Virus record (IMG/VR): IMGVR_UViG_3300047445_000186
Coordinates: 248,001 to 312,000 of that record
Strand: one strand, 5' to 3'
DNA: 64,000 nt
Shown here piece after piece: positions 47,224 through 56,935 of the stretch (position 1 is the stretch's first letter; each line of letters starts with the position of its first letter). The notes under the pieces are model-generated. The model had not been told where the DNA came from. It saw only the letters and a program-made list of their open reading frames with translations, and searched no databases. The position numbers were made by a program, and so were the translations under genes.

Positions 47224-48258
47224 ATGCAGCAGAAGCTACTTCGGGATCTCATTGAAACGCAAGTCCATCTCGGTCAGGAATCCTCGACCGGGTTCAGGGC
47301 CGTGCGATGCGCGAGCTGCAATGACCACAGTGAAAGAGCGGGGTTCAAGTTCGACGGTGAGACTGTCGGGTACTCTTGCTTCAACTGCGCGGCAAAGTTC
47401 AGGTACGAGGAAGGGAGTGGCAAGCTCGGGCGATCAGCGAAGCGGATCCTTGAGGCGTTCGGTATCTCTCAGAATCAACTGAATGAAGTCACTGGCTCAA
47501 GCTTCTTCAACAAGAGTCAAGAGCCGAAAGAGATCACTTTGGAGTCAATGGCTCCGAAAGTCAGGCTGTTCACGCCTGAAGTCGCGCTCCCTCCGAAATC
47601 GCATCCGCTAGGTTCACCATTCGCTGATGAGCTTCAGGCTCCGATCATTGAGTACCTGATGAAGCGAAAGATCGATCCACTGGAGGTCCAAGCACATTTC
47701 AGTCTCGATCCGAAATTCCTGTACCGAGTGATCATGCCTTGCATGAGAGAAGGTAAGGTCATTTACTGGCAGGCTCGGACGATTCTGGATGGCGTGAAGC
47801 CGCGGTACATGTCGCCTGGGATCAACAAAGACGCGGTTCTCTGGGGGTACGACAATCTCTGGCGCGATCACGATCAGCCGCTGTTCTGCACTGAAGGTAT
47901 CTTCGATGCAGCAGCCCTGAACGGTGTTGCGTTACTGGGATCGAAGTTGAACGAATCGAAGCTCGAGGTTCTGAATCGGTGCAGGCGACGGAAGATCGTT
48001 GTAGTCGATCGCGATGATAATGGTGGAGAGCTTGCGCAACTCGCGCTTGAGAACAAGTGGGAGATTACGTTCCCACCCGCTGGTGTCGATGACGTGAACA
48101 AGAGTGTCCAGAAGTACGGACGACTGCTGACAATCTGGACCCTACTAAAGAACGCTACAGTCCCACAAGGGCTGAAGGCCGCCGATGGTCTGGCCGTACA
48201 ATCAAAGCTTGCTCTCGGAATGGAGCTAGCACTCGCAAAATTATCTAGAAGGAAATAA
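47224..48258 (+). CDS. DNA primase (T4 gp61-like)
   Basis: Zn finger CASC..CFNC, YWQAR, TOPRIM TEGIFDA and VDRD. Confidence 0.88.
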   Translation: MQQKLLRDLIETQVHLGQESSTGFRAVRCASCNDHSERAGFKFDGETVGYSCFNCAAKFRYEEGSGKLGRSAKRILEAFGISQNQLNEVTGSSFFNKSQEPKEITLESMAPKVRLFTPEVALPPKSHPLGSPFADELQAPIIEYLMKRKIDPLEVQAHFSLDPKFLYRVIMPCMREGKVIYWQARTILDGVKPRYMSPGINKDAVLWGYDNLWRDHDQPLFCTEGIFDAAALNGVALLGSKLNESKLEVLNRCRRRKIVVVDRDDNGGELAQLALENKWEITFPPAGVDDVNKSVQKYGRLLTIWTLLKNATVPQGLKAADGLAVQSKLALGMELALAKLSRRK

Positions 48259-48425
48259 TGGCAACATTCAACATTGCAATCAGCTTCGAAGTCGAAGTTG
48301 GAACCTATGACGCGGCCCATGAGATGGCGGCCACGATCTTGGAAGAAGTGGATCACTTCAGCGCAGGCACAATTACTGGCGTCGTGATCGATGTCGAACA
48401 CGCAAGCGGAGACCTGGATGAGTGA
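48258..48425 (+). CDS. Small acidic protein (55 aa, not in track)
   Basis: AAGGA SD; bridges primase and helicase. Confidence 0.55.
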   Translation: MATFNIAISFEVEVGTYDAAHEMAATILEEVDHFSAGTITGVVIDVEHASGDLDE

Positions 48426-49806
48426 TGTCATGATCGACGACATGGCGCAGAAGCTATATGTCTCGAGCATGCTGGGGAATCCCGCGCTGTTCGCGCGTGT
48501 TCAACATCTTCTGAAGCCGTCGTACTTCGACGCGCACTTGCAGGACGGAGTTTCGTTCATGCAAGAGTTCTATCAAAAGCATCGCGGTGTGCCGAGTCAA
48601 CCAGTTTTTCACGCCAGTACAAAGCTCGTAATTGAGCCAACAAGCTTGCCCGCGCAAGACCTGCAGTTCGTGGCTGAACAGATCGCATCGTTCTGCCAGA
48701 TCAGAGCCGTCACTGAGGCTGTTCTGCAGTCTCCAGCTCTGATCGAGAAAGGCGATTTCGGTAAGATGGTTCAACAGATCAAGCTCGCAGCTCAGGTGCA
48801 GCTTCACAGCGATCTGGGTGTCGAGTACTTTGCAGACCCGGTTGGTCGACTCGAAGAGAGCGAATCGTCTGAAGTGCTGATCCCTACGGGTTGGGATACG
48901 GTCGATGAGATGATCGGTGGCGGTGTTGGCCGACAGGAGCTCGTGCTGTTCACTGCGAACTCTGGTGGTGGTAAGTCTGTTGCGATGCTGAACATGGGGT
49001 ACAACCTCCTGAAGTCAGGTCTGCACGGCGTGTACATCTCGCTGGAAATGCGTGACAAGGTCGTGGCAAAGCGTCTTGACTCGATGATCTCTCGGATCGC
49101 GGGTAAGAACATCTTCGCGAACAAGCTCAAGGTCGGACAAGAAGTTGAGCTCGCTCGTGAAAAGGGTTTCGGCCGGTTCTTCATCAAGCGAATGCGCGAA
49201 GGTTCGACCACAGCCGATCACATCATCTCGTACCTCCGAGAGCTCGAAGCAGTTCATGGCTTCAAGCCAGACTTCGTGATCGTGGACTACATCGACTTGA
49301 TGGCCTCGGTGCAGAAGACGAGTGGAGACAACATGTTCACGAAGGACAAGTACGTCACTGAAGAAGTTCGAGCGATCGGCTTTGACTTTGATTGCTTGAT
49401 GATCTCGGCTTCTCAGCTTGGACGTGGCGCGATCGAAGCGACTCAAGAGCAGAAGAGCATCGGCCAGAACCACATTCAAGGTGGTATCTCGAAGATCAAC
49501 ACTTCGGACTTGGTGATTGCACTGGTGAAGGACGAAGCGATGGACGCGGCTGGTGAATACCGGTTCGAGTTCCTGAAGTCGCGGAACTCGAACGCCGTGA
49601 ACAAGAAGCTCACGATGCGGTGGAACCACGAGGCTCTGCTGATCACCGATGCTGGTCTGAATTTCGTGTCAGCGGCGGTTCGCCCGGCTCTCGGCAAGAC
49701 ACCAGACAAGAAGGGTCCGCGTCAAGTGCTTCAGATGGGTGATGCAGTTCCAGGTCAGTCAGCAGGCGGATTGGATGACCTGATCCGGAACATCAGAAAA
49801 CCGTGA
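48418..49806 (+). CDS. DnaB-like replicative helicase (T4 gp41-like)
   Basis: ANSGGGKS, YISLEM, IVDYIDL, SASQLGR, LKSR. Confidence 0.92.
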   Translation: MSDVMIDDMAQKLYVSSMLGNPALFARVQHLLKPSYFDAHLQDGVSFMQEFYQKHRGVPSQPVFHASTKLVIEPTSLPAQDLQFVAEQIASFCQIRAVTEAVLQSPALIEKGDFGKMVQQIKLAAQVQLHSDLGVEYFADPVGRLEESESSEVLIPTGWDTVDEMIGGGVGRQELVLFTANSGGGKSVAMLNMGYNLLKSGLHGVYISLEMRDKVVAKRLDSMISRIAGKNIFANKLKVGQEVELAREKGFGRFFIKRMREGSTTADHIISYLRELEAVHGFKPDFVIVDYIDLMASVQKTSGDNMFTKDKYVTEEVRAIGFDFDCLMISASQLGRGAIEATQEQKSIGQNHIQGGISKINTSDLVIALVKDEAMDAAGEYRFEFLKSRNSNAVNKKLTMRWNHEALLITDAGLNFVSAAVRPALGKTPDKKGPRQVLQMGDAVPGQSAGGLDDLIRNIRKP

Positions 49807-49853
49807 CAACCTGCCCCCGTAAATAGTCAGTTCATACACATAGGAGAATCCTC

Positions 49854-50108
49854 ATGGATCAAGCCCGTTCAATCACGATTGACGGCATCAGCTACGATGC
49901 CGGTCAGTTCAGCCCCGCAGTTCAACAAGCCGTTCAGATCTACAACGTGTTCAGCGCCGATCTTCAAAAGGCACAACTCGACGTGATCAAGAACCAAGCC
50001 GCTATTCAGTCTGTTGGCGCTCAGATCGGCGAAGCCGTGAAGAAGGAACTTGCTGATAAGCAAGCCGAAGCGAACGCACTTCCTGAAGCAGCGAACGACC
50101 AGGTCTAA
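49854..50108 (+). CDS. Small late coiled-coil protein
   Basis: TAAATA 49820, AGGAG SD, terminator after. Confidence 0.75.
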   Translation: MDQARSITIDGISYDAGQFSPAVQQAVQIYNVFSADLQKAQLDVIKNQAAIQSVGAQIGEAVKKELADKQAEANALPEAANDQV

Positions 50109-50126
50109 GCCAAGATGCTTGACCCT

Positions 50127-50160
50127 CCGAAGCCGTCCTCGTGGCGGCTTCGGTTGTTTC
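50127..50160 (+). terminator. Intrinsic terminator
   Basis: CCGAAGCCGTC/GGCGGCTTCGG stem. Confidence 0.7.
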
Positions 50161-50205
50161 CGGATCAGGATGACCTAAATAGAGACTTCTAGTCAGAGAA
50201 TTCAA

Positions 50206-52530
50206 ATGCGAATTATTAGCGAAGGTGCTGGGATTACCCACATCGAAGACCTCCCTGTTGGCGAGTTCATCCGAGTCCTGCGGAACATGCCACTCATGAC
50301 TGCGCAGGAAAAGCTCGATGGTGCTCAGCTCTGGGTCGGTGTCGACGAGGCCGGGAAGCTCTTCGCTTCCCGTGAAGGTAAGCGTTCCGGTTCGGACCGT
50401 AAGTACTCACCGGACGACTGGAACCTGGTCTCCGCGAACAATCAATTCCGCGCTGCTCATGCTGCTCTCGTAGCAGTGCAAGACAAGATCCTTTCGGTAC
50501 TGCAGCCTGGCGACACGGTTGAGGCCGAGGTGTTGTTCGGGCGCCAACCTAATAGTGTCACTTACGGTGCTGGTGGAAAGTCCTACATCGCGTTCCTGCG
50601 TGGTGTCCTCGAGACCGAAGACTCGGTCGCTGAACGGCTCGGTGCCGCGCTGAAGGGGCAGGAAGCCGAAGCGAAGGTTCAAGTGGTTGACACCGAAGAC
50701 GGCGAGACCCTGAACGACGTCGAAGAATCGTACCCGTTCATGTTCACGACACCCCAGCGCGTCGATCCAGAGAAGCTGAAGCAAGCGGCTCAAGTTGAGA
50801 AGCTCCTGAAGAAGCTCGAAGCTTTCCTGCAAGAGCCAAGTGGTACCGAAGGTCTGTCGAACAACGAACTGCTGAACACCAATCTGCAAAAGATTCCGAC
50901 TGATAAGCGACCAGCAGTGAAGGAAGCACGGAAGGCTCTGATGGAACTCGTGATGAACGAGTACAAGATGCCAATCAAGAACGCGCTCCTTGACAATGTG
51001 GTTCGCAAGATCCGCTCTGGCCTGAGTGATGAGGACAAAGGCACCGGGGCCGACATTGGCATCGAAGGAATTGTGCTGCGTGATCAGCAAACCGGTGAAC
51101 AGATCAAGATTGTCGACAAGGACATCTTCACGGCGATCAACACGTTCAATCAGTCCATTCGTCAGACTGTTCAATCATCTCTGACTACCGTCGATCCAGA
51201 CTCTCCGCTCGAGCAGCGTGGTGGTCTCGTTGGTGAGCTCCGTATTCGGATCGCTGAGCTGTTCGGTAATCGCGAAATGGCGAAAGCTTCGAACACCCGC
51301 AAGGTTCTTGAGCCACTGAAGGGCAAGTCGCCTGAAGAAGCAATTGAGAACATGGCGAAGTCGATGGGCGCAATTGAGGACCACGAAGCGATCAAGAAGA
51401 AGATTCTCGCAATGGTCTCTGATACGGCCAGCCAGTTGAAGTCGAAGCTTGAAGAGTTCAAGGCGAATCAGAAGAACTACAAGCTTCAGCTTACGAACGG
51501 CAAGGAAATCAGCCTGAGCGACGACACGATCAAGCGTACTCTGTTGACGTTCGCTGAAGCCCGCAAGAACCTGTTGATTATGTTCGAGCACCTGAAGGCA
51601 ACAACGACTCTGGCGCAGATCCTCGCGGTCCTGTATGGCGGTCAGGCAAAGGCTGTTCACGCACCGAAGATCGACGAAGGCTTGCTCCTTGAGAAGAAGG
51701 TGAAGCGGAAGACGACACAGGCTCAGGACGTTGATCGTCATGAGTACGACAAGCGTGATGTGTTCCAGCTCGTGAACTCGTACCTCGCTACGGTGTTCAT
51801 GACGATGTTGGTCTGGCACGAAGATGACAAGCCAGGTATGCGGATCCTTCGTGACCGTAAGAACATGGGTCTGAAGAATTGGTCGAGCGACATGAGCCCG
51901 TTCAATCACTGGGGCTATGTCATCTGGCGAAATAACAAGCCTGACTTGAAGAAGCAACTGTCGAAGAAGGTTCAGCACGAGCTGTTCGCTACTACCCGTC
52001 AGATCCAAGCTCCACGCTGGCGCTTCCTGCACATTGACTTCTCGACGAATCGGGATGTGAAGGTTGACTGGGCCGATCACCGGAAGACTCTGCAACGCCT
52101 GATTGATCTTACCCGGCTGCGTTCAGATCGACTAAATACGCTACTCGACAAACTGATCCGTTTCCCTGATCTGTCGCATGATGAGAAGCTCTCGGCCGTG
52201 AAGAAGCTGCATACGTTCGCGATGCAATTTGTTCCACGCTCGGTTATGCTCTCTCGGCTGAAGATCATTGAACGGGCACTCACGAACGGAAAAGACGACC
52301 AAATGGTGACTGAAAGTAAACTGCTGAAGTCAATCAGTGCTCTCGCTGAAGACGAAGGTGGCGAAGGCGTGTACACACAGCCTGTCAGCGTTGCCGGAAC
52401 CACATCTGCCGCAATTGCGCCAGTTCAATCACGCGTAGCCCGGGAAGCAACGATCATCAAGCGTAAACGGAATCCTTCCGTGAAGCGTCTGACGATGAAG
52501 TTCCCTGATCCACGCAAGGAAAACGAATGA
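50206..52530 (+). CDS. Large late protein with N-terminal ligase-like covalent nucleotidyltransferase domain
   Basis: EKLDG (motif I), EAEV, IEGIVLR (IV), IKIVDK (V); TAAATA 50176. Confidence 0.7.
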   Translation: MRIISEGAGITHIEDLPVGEFIRVLRNMPLMTAQEKLDGAQLWVGVDEAGKLFASREGKRSGSDRKYSPDDWNLVSANNQFRAAHAALVAVQDKILSVLQPGDTVEAEVLFGRQPNSVTYGAGGKSYIAFLRGVLETEDSVAERLGAALKGQEAEAKVQVVDTEDGETLNDVEESYPFMFTTPQRVDPEKLKQAAQVEKLLKKLEAFLQEPSGTEGLSNNELLNTNLQKIPTDKRPAVKEARKALMELVMNEYKMPIKNALLDNVVRKIRSGLSDEDKGTGADIGIEGIVLRDQQTGEQIKIVDKDIFTAINTFNQSIRQTVQSSLTTVDPDSPLEQRGGLVGELRIRIAELFGNREMAKASNTRKVLEPLKGKSPEEAIENMAKSMGAIEDHEAIKKKILAMVSDTASQLKSKLEEFKANQKNYKLQLTNGKEISLSDDTIKRTLLTFAEARKNLLIMFEHLKATTTLAQILAVLYGGQAKAVHAPKIDEGLLLEKKVKRKTTQAQDVDRHEYDKRDVFQLVNSYLATVFMTMLVWHEDDKPGMRILRDRKNMGLKNWSSDMSPFNHWGYVIWRNNKPDLKKQLSKKVQHELFATTRQIQAPRWRFLHIDFSTNRDVKVDWADHRKTLQRLIDLTRLRSDRLNTLLDKLIRFPDLSHDEKLSAVKKLHTFAMQFVPRSVMLSRLKIIERALTNGKDDQMVTESKLLKSISALAEDEGGEGVYTQPVSVAGTTSAAIAPVQSRVAREATIIKRKRNPSVKRLTMKFPDPRKENE

Positions 52531-54794
52531 ACCTCCTCAAAGAATTCTCCAAGGGCGACGTCCAGCAGAATCTGAAAACCAGCGATCAGTCCGATGCTGG
52601 TACGACTGACACTGCAGCGAAAGCTGTTGACGTGAAGTTCTCGCTTATGCGGAACGCGATCAACACCGACAATAATGAAATCACCGGTTCCGACGTGAAC
52701 GATTACCTTGAGCGTGCTCAGGATCTGAACGACGAAGTTGAATCCGTTGGTTTCGCGATCGAGACCGATGACGGTTCCTTGATCAAAATCTACGTGAACG
52801 CTGAACAAGCCGACGCGTTCAGCGAAGAGCTCGCAAAGGTGCTCGGCCTTGACGATGACGCTGAAGTAGCGATCAACAATCTTGCTCAGAAGTACGACAT
52901 TGTTGACGTGGTATGGCCAGACTCTGGTGATGTAAATGCACTCGGCTCGGGTGATGAAGATGAATTCCAATTGGACGGACCAGGAGAGCCTGGAGACAAT
53001 GACGGAGACGTTTCTATTGACGACGATCTGTCTGACTTTATGGGTGGTGATGATCACGCTGCTGAACCAACCGCAACTGACGCTGCGTCTGATGAGACTG
53101 CTGATGCCCTTCCAGCCGATGACGAATCTGCTGACGGTGATGTACCTCCGGAATCGGGTGAAGACGATGGTGATCTGTCCAAGGATGATTCCGATGGCGA
53201 TAAGGCTGATGGCGATAAGCCTAAGAAGAAGCCTAAGAAGTCTCTGATGAAAGACGTCGCTGGTGGCGACGATGCTGAAGACGACAAGGGCGAAGAAGAA
53301 GGTGGCAAGCCTGAAGGCGCTGATGGTGAAGAAGGCGGCCCAGAAACAATCGATGACGGTGAAGATGAAGGCGACGCTGATGTCGATCCAGATGCTGAGC
53401 CAGACGCCGGCGAAGAATCCGATGAGCTTGACGATGAAGGCAAGCCAAAGAAGAAGTCGAAGAAGAAAGACAAAGAAGTAACGGAAGAAGGTATGAAACT
53501 TAGCAAACTCGAATCGATGGCGAAGGCCCTCACAGAAGACCAGCTCGACGAAGCTGGTGGCACTGATCTGAAACTCGACACGCAGTGGACTGGCCTTCGT
53601 AGCCGTCTGAAGCGCCCGTACGAGAAGAAGATTGTTGAGCTGTTCTCAATGCTCGGCGTTCCAGGTCGTTATGTTGTCGCTGAAGAAGGTGTTGAAGACC
53701 TGATTCGCGGTGCAGCAGACGTTATCCGTCGCCCAGGTCGTAAGCAAACGACGTTCAATGAGTTCTATTCGCAAGTGAAGGCAAGCACAGCTACCACGAA
53801 CGAAAAGAAGCGTGGTGGTCGTCTGCAAAAGGTTCTCGAAACCGTGATGATTGAACTCGGCTTCCCAGCATCGCTGGTCAGCACTGAGTCTGGTCCAGGC
53901 GCTCTTGGTACCGTTCTTGGCCGTGCAGCGAACAAGATCGAAGCAAGCCAATCGCTTGAATCCGCTCTGATCGCATTCGCTAAGGCAATGGGTATCACGT
54001 CCGCTCAAGTGAACGAAGCAAAGACGATCAAGGTCAAGGAACCAGGTTGGTACGTTGTTGACCACATGGACAAGGCAGTTGCTGGTCCAATGCAAGAACG
54101 TGGTGCACACGAACTCTGCGATGAGATGAATGCTGGCAAGACTGGTGGCGACATCAAGGCTTTTGACGTTACGTACTTCACGGATTACGAAATCCGCCGC
54201 ATGAACGAAGCTGTTGTTACCGAAGCAGTTGACGTTGGGAACGACGAGTTCTTCCAGAAGGTTGTTCAACTTGCGGTGTCCCTCGGTATTCCAGAACGCA
54301 ATCTGCAGTACGGTCGCCCAGCACTGGTGAAGTCCCTGCGCGACAAGAAGATGTCCCTCTCGAACCGTGGCATGATCGAAGCACGTGTTGATCAACTGCT
54401 CGCTATCATCGAGAAGGCAACTCGCCAAGCTCCAGCGACTGCACAAGCTACGAATGAAGGCATGCTTGCTGAAGCATTCGACGCGCTTGAAGCTATCCCA
54501 CAAGAGATGTACCAACGTTTCAATGTGCAAGAACCTTCGACCGGTCCAGTGATGATGGCTGGTTACGTTGGTGACACTGACGCGCATTCTGAGACTGTTC
54601 TGGTTCTTGGCGTTGACCCAGAAGCAGAAGGTCGGAACACTCTCCGCGTTGGCGTTGACAACCCATGGAGCGGCTCTGTTCAATCGAAGTATTTCCCAGA
54701 CACGCGCGAAGGTTACCGTGACGCACTGCGTTACGCGAAGATGCTCCGCACGCTGAACCTGAAGACTGGCGGTCGTCCAGCTGAAGTGAAGTAA
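52527..54794 (+). CDS. Large acidic protein, probable head core/scaffold-type protein
   Basis: Asp/Glu/Gly low-complexity block; many h-x-E sites (LTE, VNE, MNE, VTE, LAE). Confidence 0.6.
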   Translation: MNLLKEFSKGDVQQNLKTSDQSDAGTTDTAAKAVDVKFSLMRNAINTDNNEITGSDVNDYLERAQDLNDEVESVGFAIETDDGSLIKIYVNAEQADAFSEELAKVLGLDDDAEVAINNLAQKYDIVDVVWPDSGDVNALGSGDEDEFQLDGPGEPGDNDGDVSIDDDLSDFMGGDDHAAEPTATDAASDETADALPADDESADGDVPPESGEDDGDLSKDDSDGDKADGDKPKKKPKKSLMKDVAGGDDAEDDKGEEEGGKPEGADGEEGGPETIDDGEDEGDADVDPDAEPDAGEESDELDDEGKPKKKSKKKDKEVTEEGMKLSKLESMAKALTEDQLDEAGGTDLKLDTQWTGLRSRLKRPYEKKIVELFSMLGVPGRYVVAEEGVEDLIRGAADVIRRPGRKQTTFNEFYSQVKASTATTNEKKRGGRLQKVLETVMIELGFPASLVSTESGPGALGTVLGRAANKIEASQSLESALIAFAKAMGITSAQVNEAKTIKVKEPGWYVVDHMDKAVAGPMQERGAHELCDEMNAGKTGGDIKAFDVTYFTDYEIRRMNEAVVTEAVDVGNDEFFQKVVQLAVSLGIPERNLQYGRPALVKSLRDKKMSLSNRGMIEARVDQLLAIIEKATRQAPATAQATNEGMLAEAFDALEAIPQEMYQRFNVQEPSTGPVMMAGYVGDTDAHSETVLVLGVDPEAEGRNTLRVGVDNPWSGSVQSKYFPDTREGYRDALRYAKMLRTLNLKTGGRPAEVK

Positions 54795-54809
54795 ACGTGA
54801 ACCTAGTTT

Positions 54810-54831
54810 GAAAGGGCCTTCGGGCCCTTTC
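54810..54831 (+). terminator. Intrinsic terminator with UUCG loop
   Basis: GAAAGGGCC-TTCG-GGCCCTTTC. Confidence 0.85.
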
Positions 54832-54852
54832 TTCGTTACAATTGAAACTTCT

Positions 54853-55527
54853 ATGAAATTCAACTACCAAGACTATCAGACGACGAGTGAGCTCGGCCTT
54901 CGGTGGTATCACACACCAGATGGCGCGTTCCCCTCGATCACGACAGTCCTTGGTGTGTCTGAACCTCCAGAGAAGAAGGCTTCCCTTGTTGCGTGGCAAC
55001 AATCTCTCGGTGCTGTAAAGGCTGCTGAAAAATCGAAGGAAGCGACTGATCACGGCACGATGGTTCACCTTTTGGCCGAGCGATTTCTGAAGGGTGAAGA
55101 GGTCTTTGCTCCTGTTGACGGGAAGCCAGTCTCTGATGTTAGCAAAGCCGGGTTCAACGGCTTGAAGCTGAAGCTTCGTCAGATCAACGAGGTCTGGGGT
55201 CAGGAAGAATCGATCTACTCGCCGACCCTCGAGGTTGCTGGTCGCTTTGACTGCATCGGCCTGTACAAGAACAAGCCATCCGTGATTGACTTCAAGACCG
55301 CTGGCCGTCTGAAGTCGCGGAAGGACATTGAAGATTACGAACTGCAGCTCGCGTTCTACGCTGCTGCGCACAATGAATTGTTCGGCACCGAGATCACTCA
55401 AGGTGTCGTGCTGATGAGCTCTGCCGGTGGAATGCCACAGGAGTTCGTTGTTGATGTCGACTCGAAGCTCGAAGAGCTGGTCGGCCGAATCCAGATCTTC
55501 TGGGAAAAGACTCTCTCCAAAGTATGA
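54853..55527 (+). CDS. PD-(D/E)XK exonuclease (Cas4/RecB-like phage nuclease)
   Basis: PSITTVL, GTMVH, AGRFDC, VIDFKT, QLAFYA. Confidence 0.85.
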   Translation: MKFNYQDYQTTSELGLRWYHTPDGAFPSITTVLGVSEPPEKKASLVAWQQSLGAVKAAEKSKEATDHGTMVHLLAERFLKGEEVFAPVDGKPVSDVSKAGFNGLKLKLRQINEVWGQEESIYSPTLEVAGRFDCIGLYKNKPSVIDFKTAGRLKSRKDIEDYELQLAFYAAAHNELFGTEITQGVVLMSSAGGMPQEFVVDVDSKLEELVGRIQIFWEKTLSKV

Positions 55528-55700
55528 ACACCGCTCCGCTGACCGAAGAAGAGAAGGCCCTAATCATCGCTGGTGGTTGGAAGTTCCTGAGTGACGATCA
55601 CATCTACATTCCGGAAGATTACGACGGATGCATGGCGTCCGGAATCGAGCAGATTCGTAAAGTGCTGTTCGCCATAAATAGGTCTCGCAATCGAGACTGA
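55524..55700 (+). CDS. Small hypothetical protein (58 aa, not in track)
   Basis: ATGA overlap. Confidence 0.45.
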   Translation: MNTAPLTEEEKALIIAGGWKFLSDDHIYIPEDYDGCMASGIEQIRKVLFAINRSRNRD

Positions 55701-55702
55701 AC

Positions 55703-56116
55703 ATGCTCCTGAATGAAATCAAACTTGGTACCAAATCTGACCCTGAAGCCCTGAAGGCTTTCATGGCTGACATGCGCGCGAACACTGAAGCGCATCCATT
55801 CGCTCGTGGAATGGTAATTCATAATGACTCCGTCGGGGTTGAGGTATCAATCTTTGACGGCAAGATTCACCTGAGCTCGATCATGAGCTTTGTTCAGAAG
55901 AACGCTGGTGAAGCTTCGAAGACTCTGAAATTCCTGACTGATCTTGCTGACAAGCACCAGGTGATCATGGATCTGGCCGTTTCGCCGATCAAGAACGCCG
56001 GCGCTCGTGAAGGTAAGAGCCTTACGAAGGCGCAGCTCACGGCCTGGTACGGTAGGTACGGTTTCAAGAAGGCACGTGGCGATTACATGGAGCGCCCACC
56101 TGGCGCCGCTGCGTAA
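55703..56116 (+). CDS. GNAT acetyltransferase-like late protein (MLLNEI leader)
   Basis: IHLSSI..KNAGEASKTLKFL..LTAWYGRYGF; TAAATA 55675. Confidence 0.65.
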   Translation: MLLNEIKLGTKSDPEALKAFMADMRANTEAHPFARGMVIHNDSVGVEVSIFDGKIHLSSIMSFVQKNAGEASKTLKFLTDLADKHQVIMDLAVSPIKNAGAREGKSLTKAQLTAWYGRYGFKKARGDYMERPPGAAA

Positions 56117-56144
56117 ATAGAGCTGCACAATTAGGAAATTTCAA

Positions 56145-56729
56145 ATGCATCCAGTAGTCATCATGGCTTACGAGCCATCCGACGCGATCGACGCGGCCGT
56201 TGCTGCTCTCGGTGAAGCGGGTCTGACAGCCATCGTCCTGAGCACCGCGAAGGCGAAGCTCGTCGATTTTCTCGGCGCTCTCGCCGCTGACGAAAAACCG
56301 GCAGACGACGAAAATATCGATAATTCCGGCGCCGAAGAAACCGGCGGTGGAGAACCCGCAGCTGATCTGCCTCCTGAGCCAAAGGGCAAGACTGACCCAA
56401 AGGTCGAAGAATCCGTGATCGTTGACGGCGAGAAGATCGCAGTCAAGATCGTTGAAGGCATGACTGCTGAACTCTTCCCAAGCGGCCTGATGGTCGGTAC
56501 GAAGACCGCGTACGCTCTGAACGAATCGCACTTCGCTTTCTGGCCGGCCGGTTCCGAAGGCATGTTCGATCTGACGCATGACATCCAAATCGAGCGCAAT
56601 GGCCGTGCTATGTTCACGGCTGCTACGATCAAGGAAGCGGTCGCAGTACCATTCCTGAACCTTGGCATCGAGCTCTGGAAGAAGCTCAATGAGGTCGAAC
56701 AAGAAACTGAACTCACAACGGACGTCTAA
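56145..56729 (+). CDS. Late hypothetical protein
   Basis: TAAATA 56114, AGGA SD. Confidence 0.7.
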   Translation: MHPVVIMAYEPSDAIDAAVAALGEAGLTAIVLSTAKAKLVDFLGALAADEKPADDENIDNSGAEETGGGEPAADLPPEPKGKTDPKVEESVIVDGEKIAVKIVEGMTAELFPSGLMVGTKTAYALNESHFAFWPAGSEGMFDLTHDIQIERNGRAMFTAATIKEAVAVPFLNLGIELWKKLNEVEQETELTTDV

Positions 56730-56932
56730 TGCTCGTTCAATATACACAGATCAGTGCTCTCACGCCTGACCAGAAGCAACGTCTGAAGGCGACTTTCCGA
56801 GGCGCCGTGCTTGAAGGTATGCCGCACGTTCAGTTCGAAGGCCTGACTCTCAGCGTTGCTGAGCTGGCCTCTTTCCAACGCATGTGGGAAGCTGAACAGC
56901 GCCAAGGTGGTCGTCAGACCTTGTTCGGATAA
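56729..56932 (+). CDS. Small hypothetical protein
   Basis: TAATG overlap. Confidence 0.6.
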   Translation: MLVQYTQISALTPDQKQRLKATFRGAVLEGMPHVQFEGLTLSVAELASFQRMWEAEQRQGGRQTLFG

Positions 56933-56935
56933 TAA

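Larger units (their letters stand above)
13434..54842. promoter_or_regulatory. CGTTACAAT extended -10 (pre-replicative promoter class)
   Basis: 14521,23352,28807,32230,47209,54834 (+) and 13434 (-); mostly heads of replication operons. Confidence 0.75.

Noticed and set aside
29412-49806. Inteins or introns in polymerase or helicase
   Set aside because: No Cys/Ser...His-Asn ends or LAGLIDADG blocks; frames are continuous
52900-53500. Repeat-like DNA in the acidic protein
   Set aside because: Low-complexity Asp/Glu/Gly coding, not a discrete repeat array
14589-54863. Long antisense ORFs (e.g. 14589-15509, 33939-35012, 35754-36569, 51175-52095, 53646-54863)
   Set aside because: Shadows of well-supported plus-strand genes; no motifs, SD or promoters
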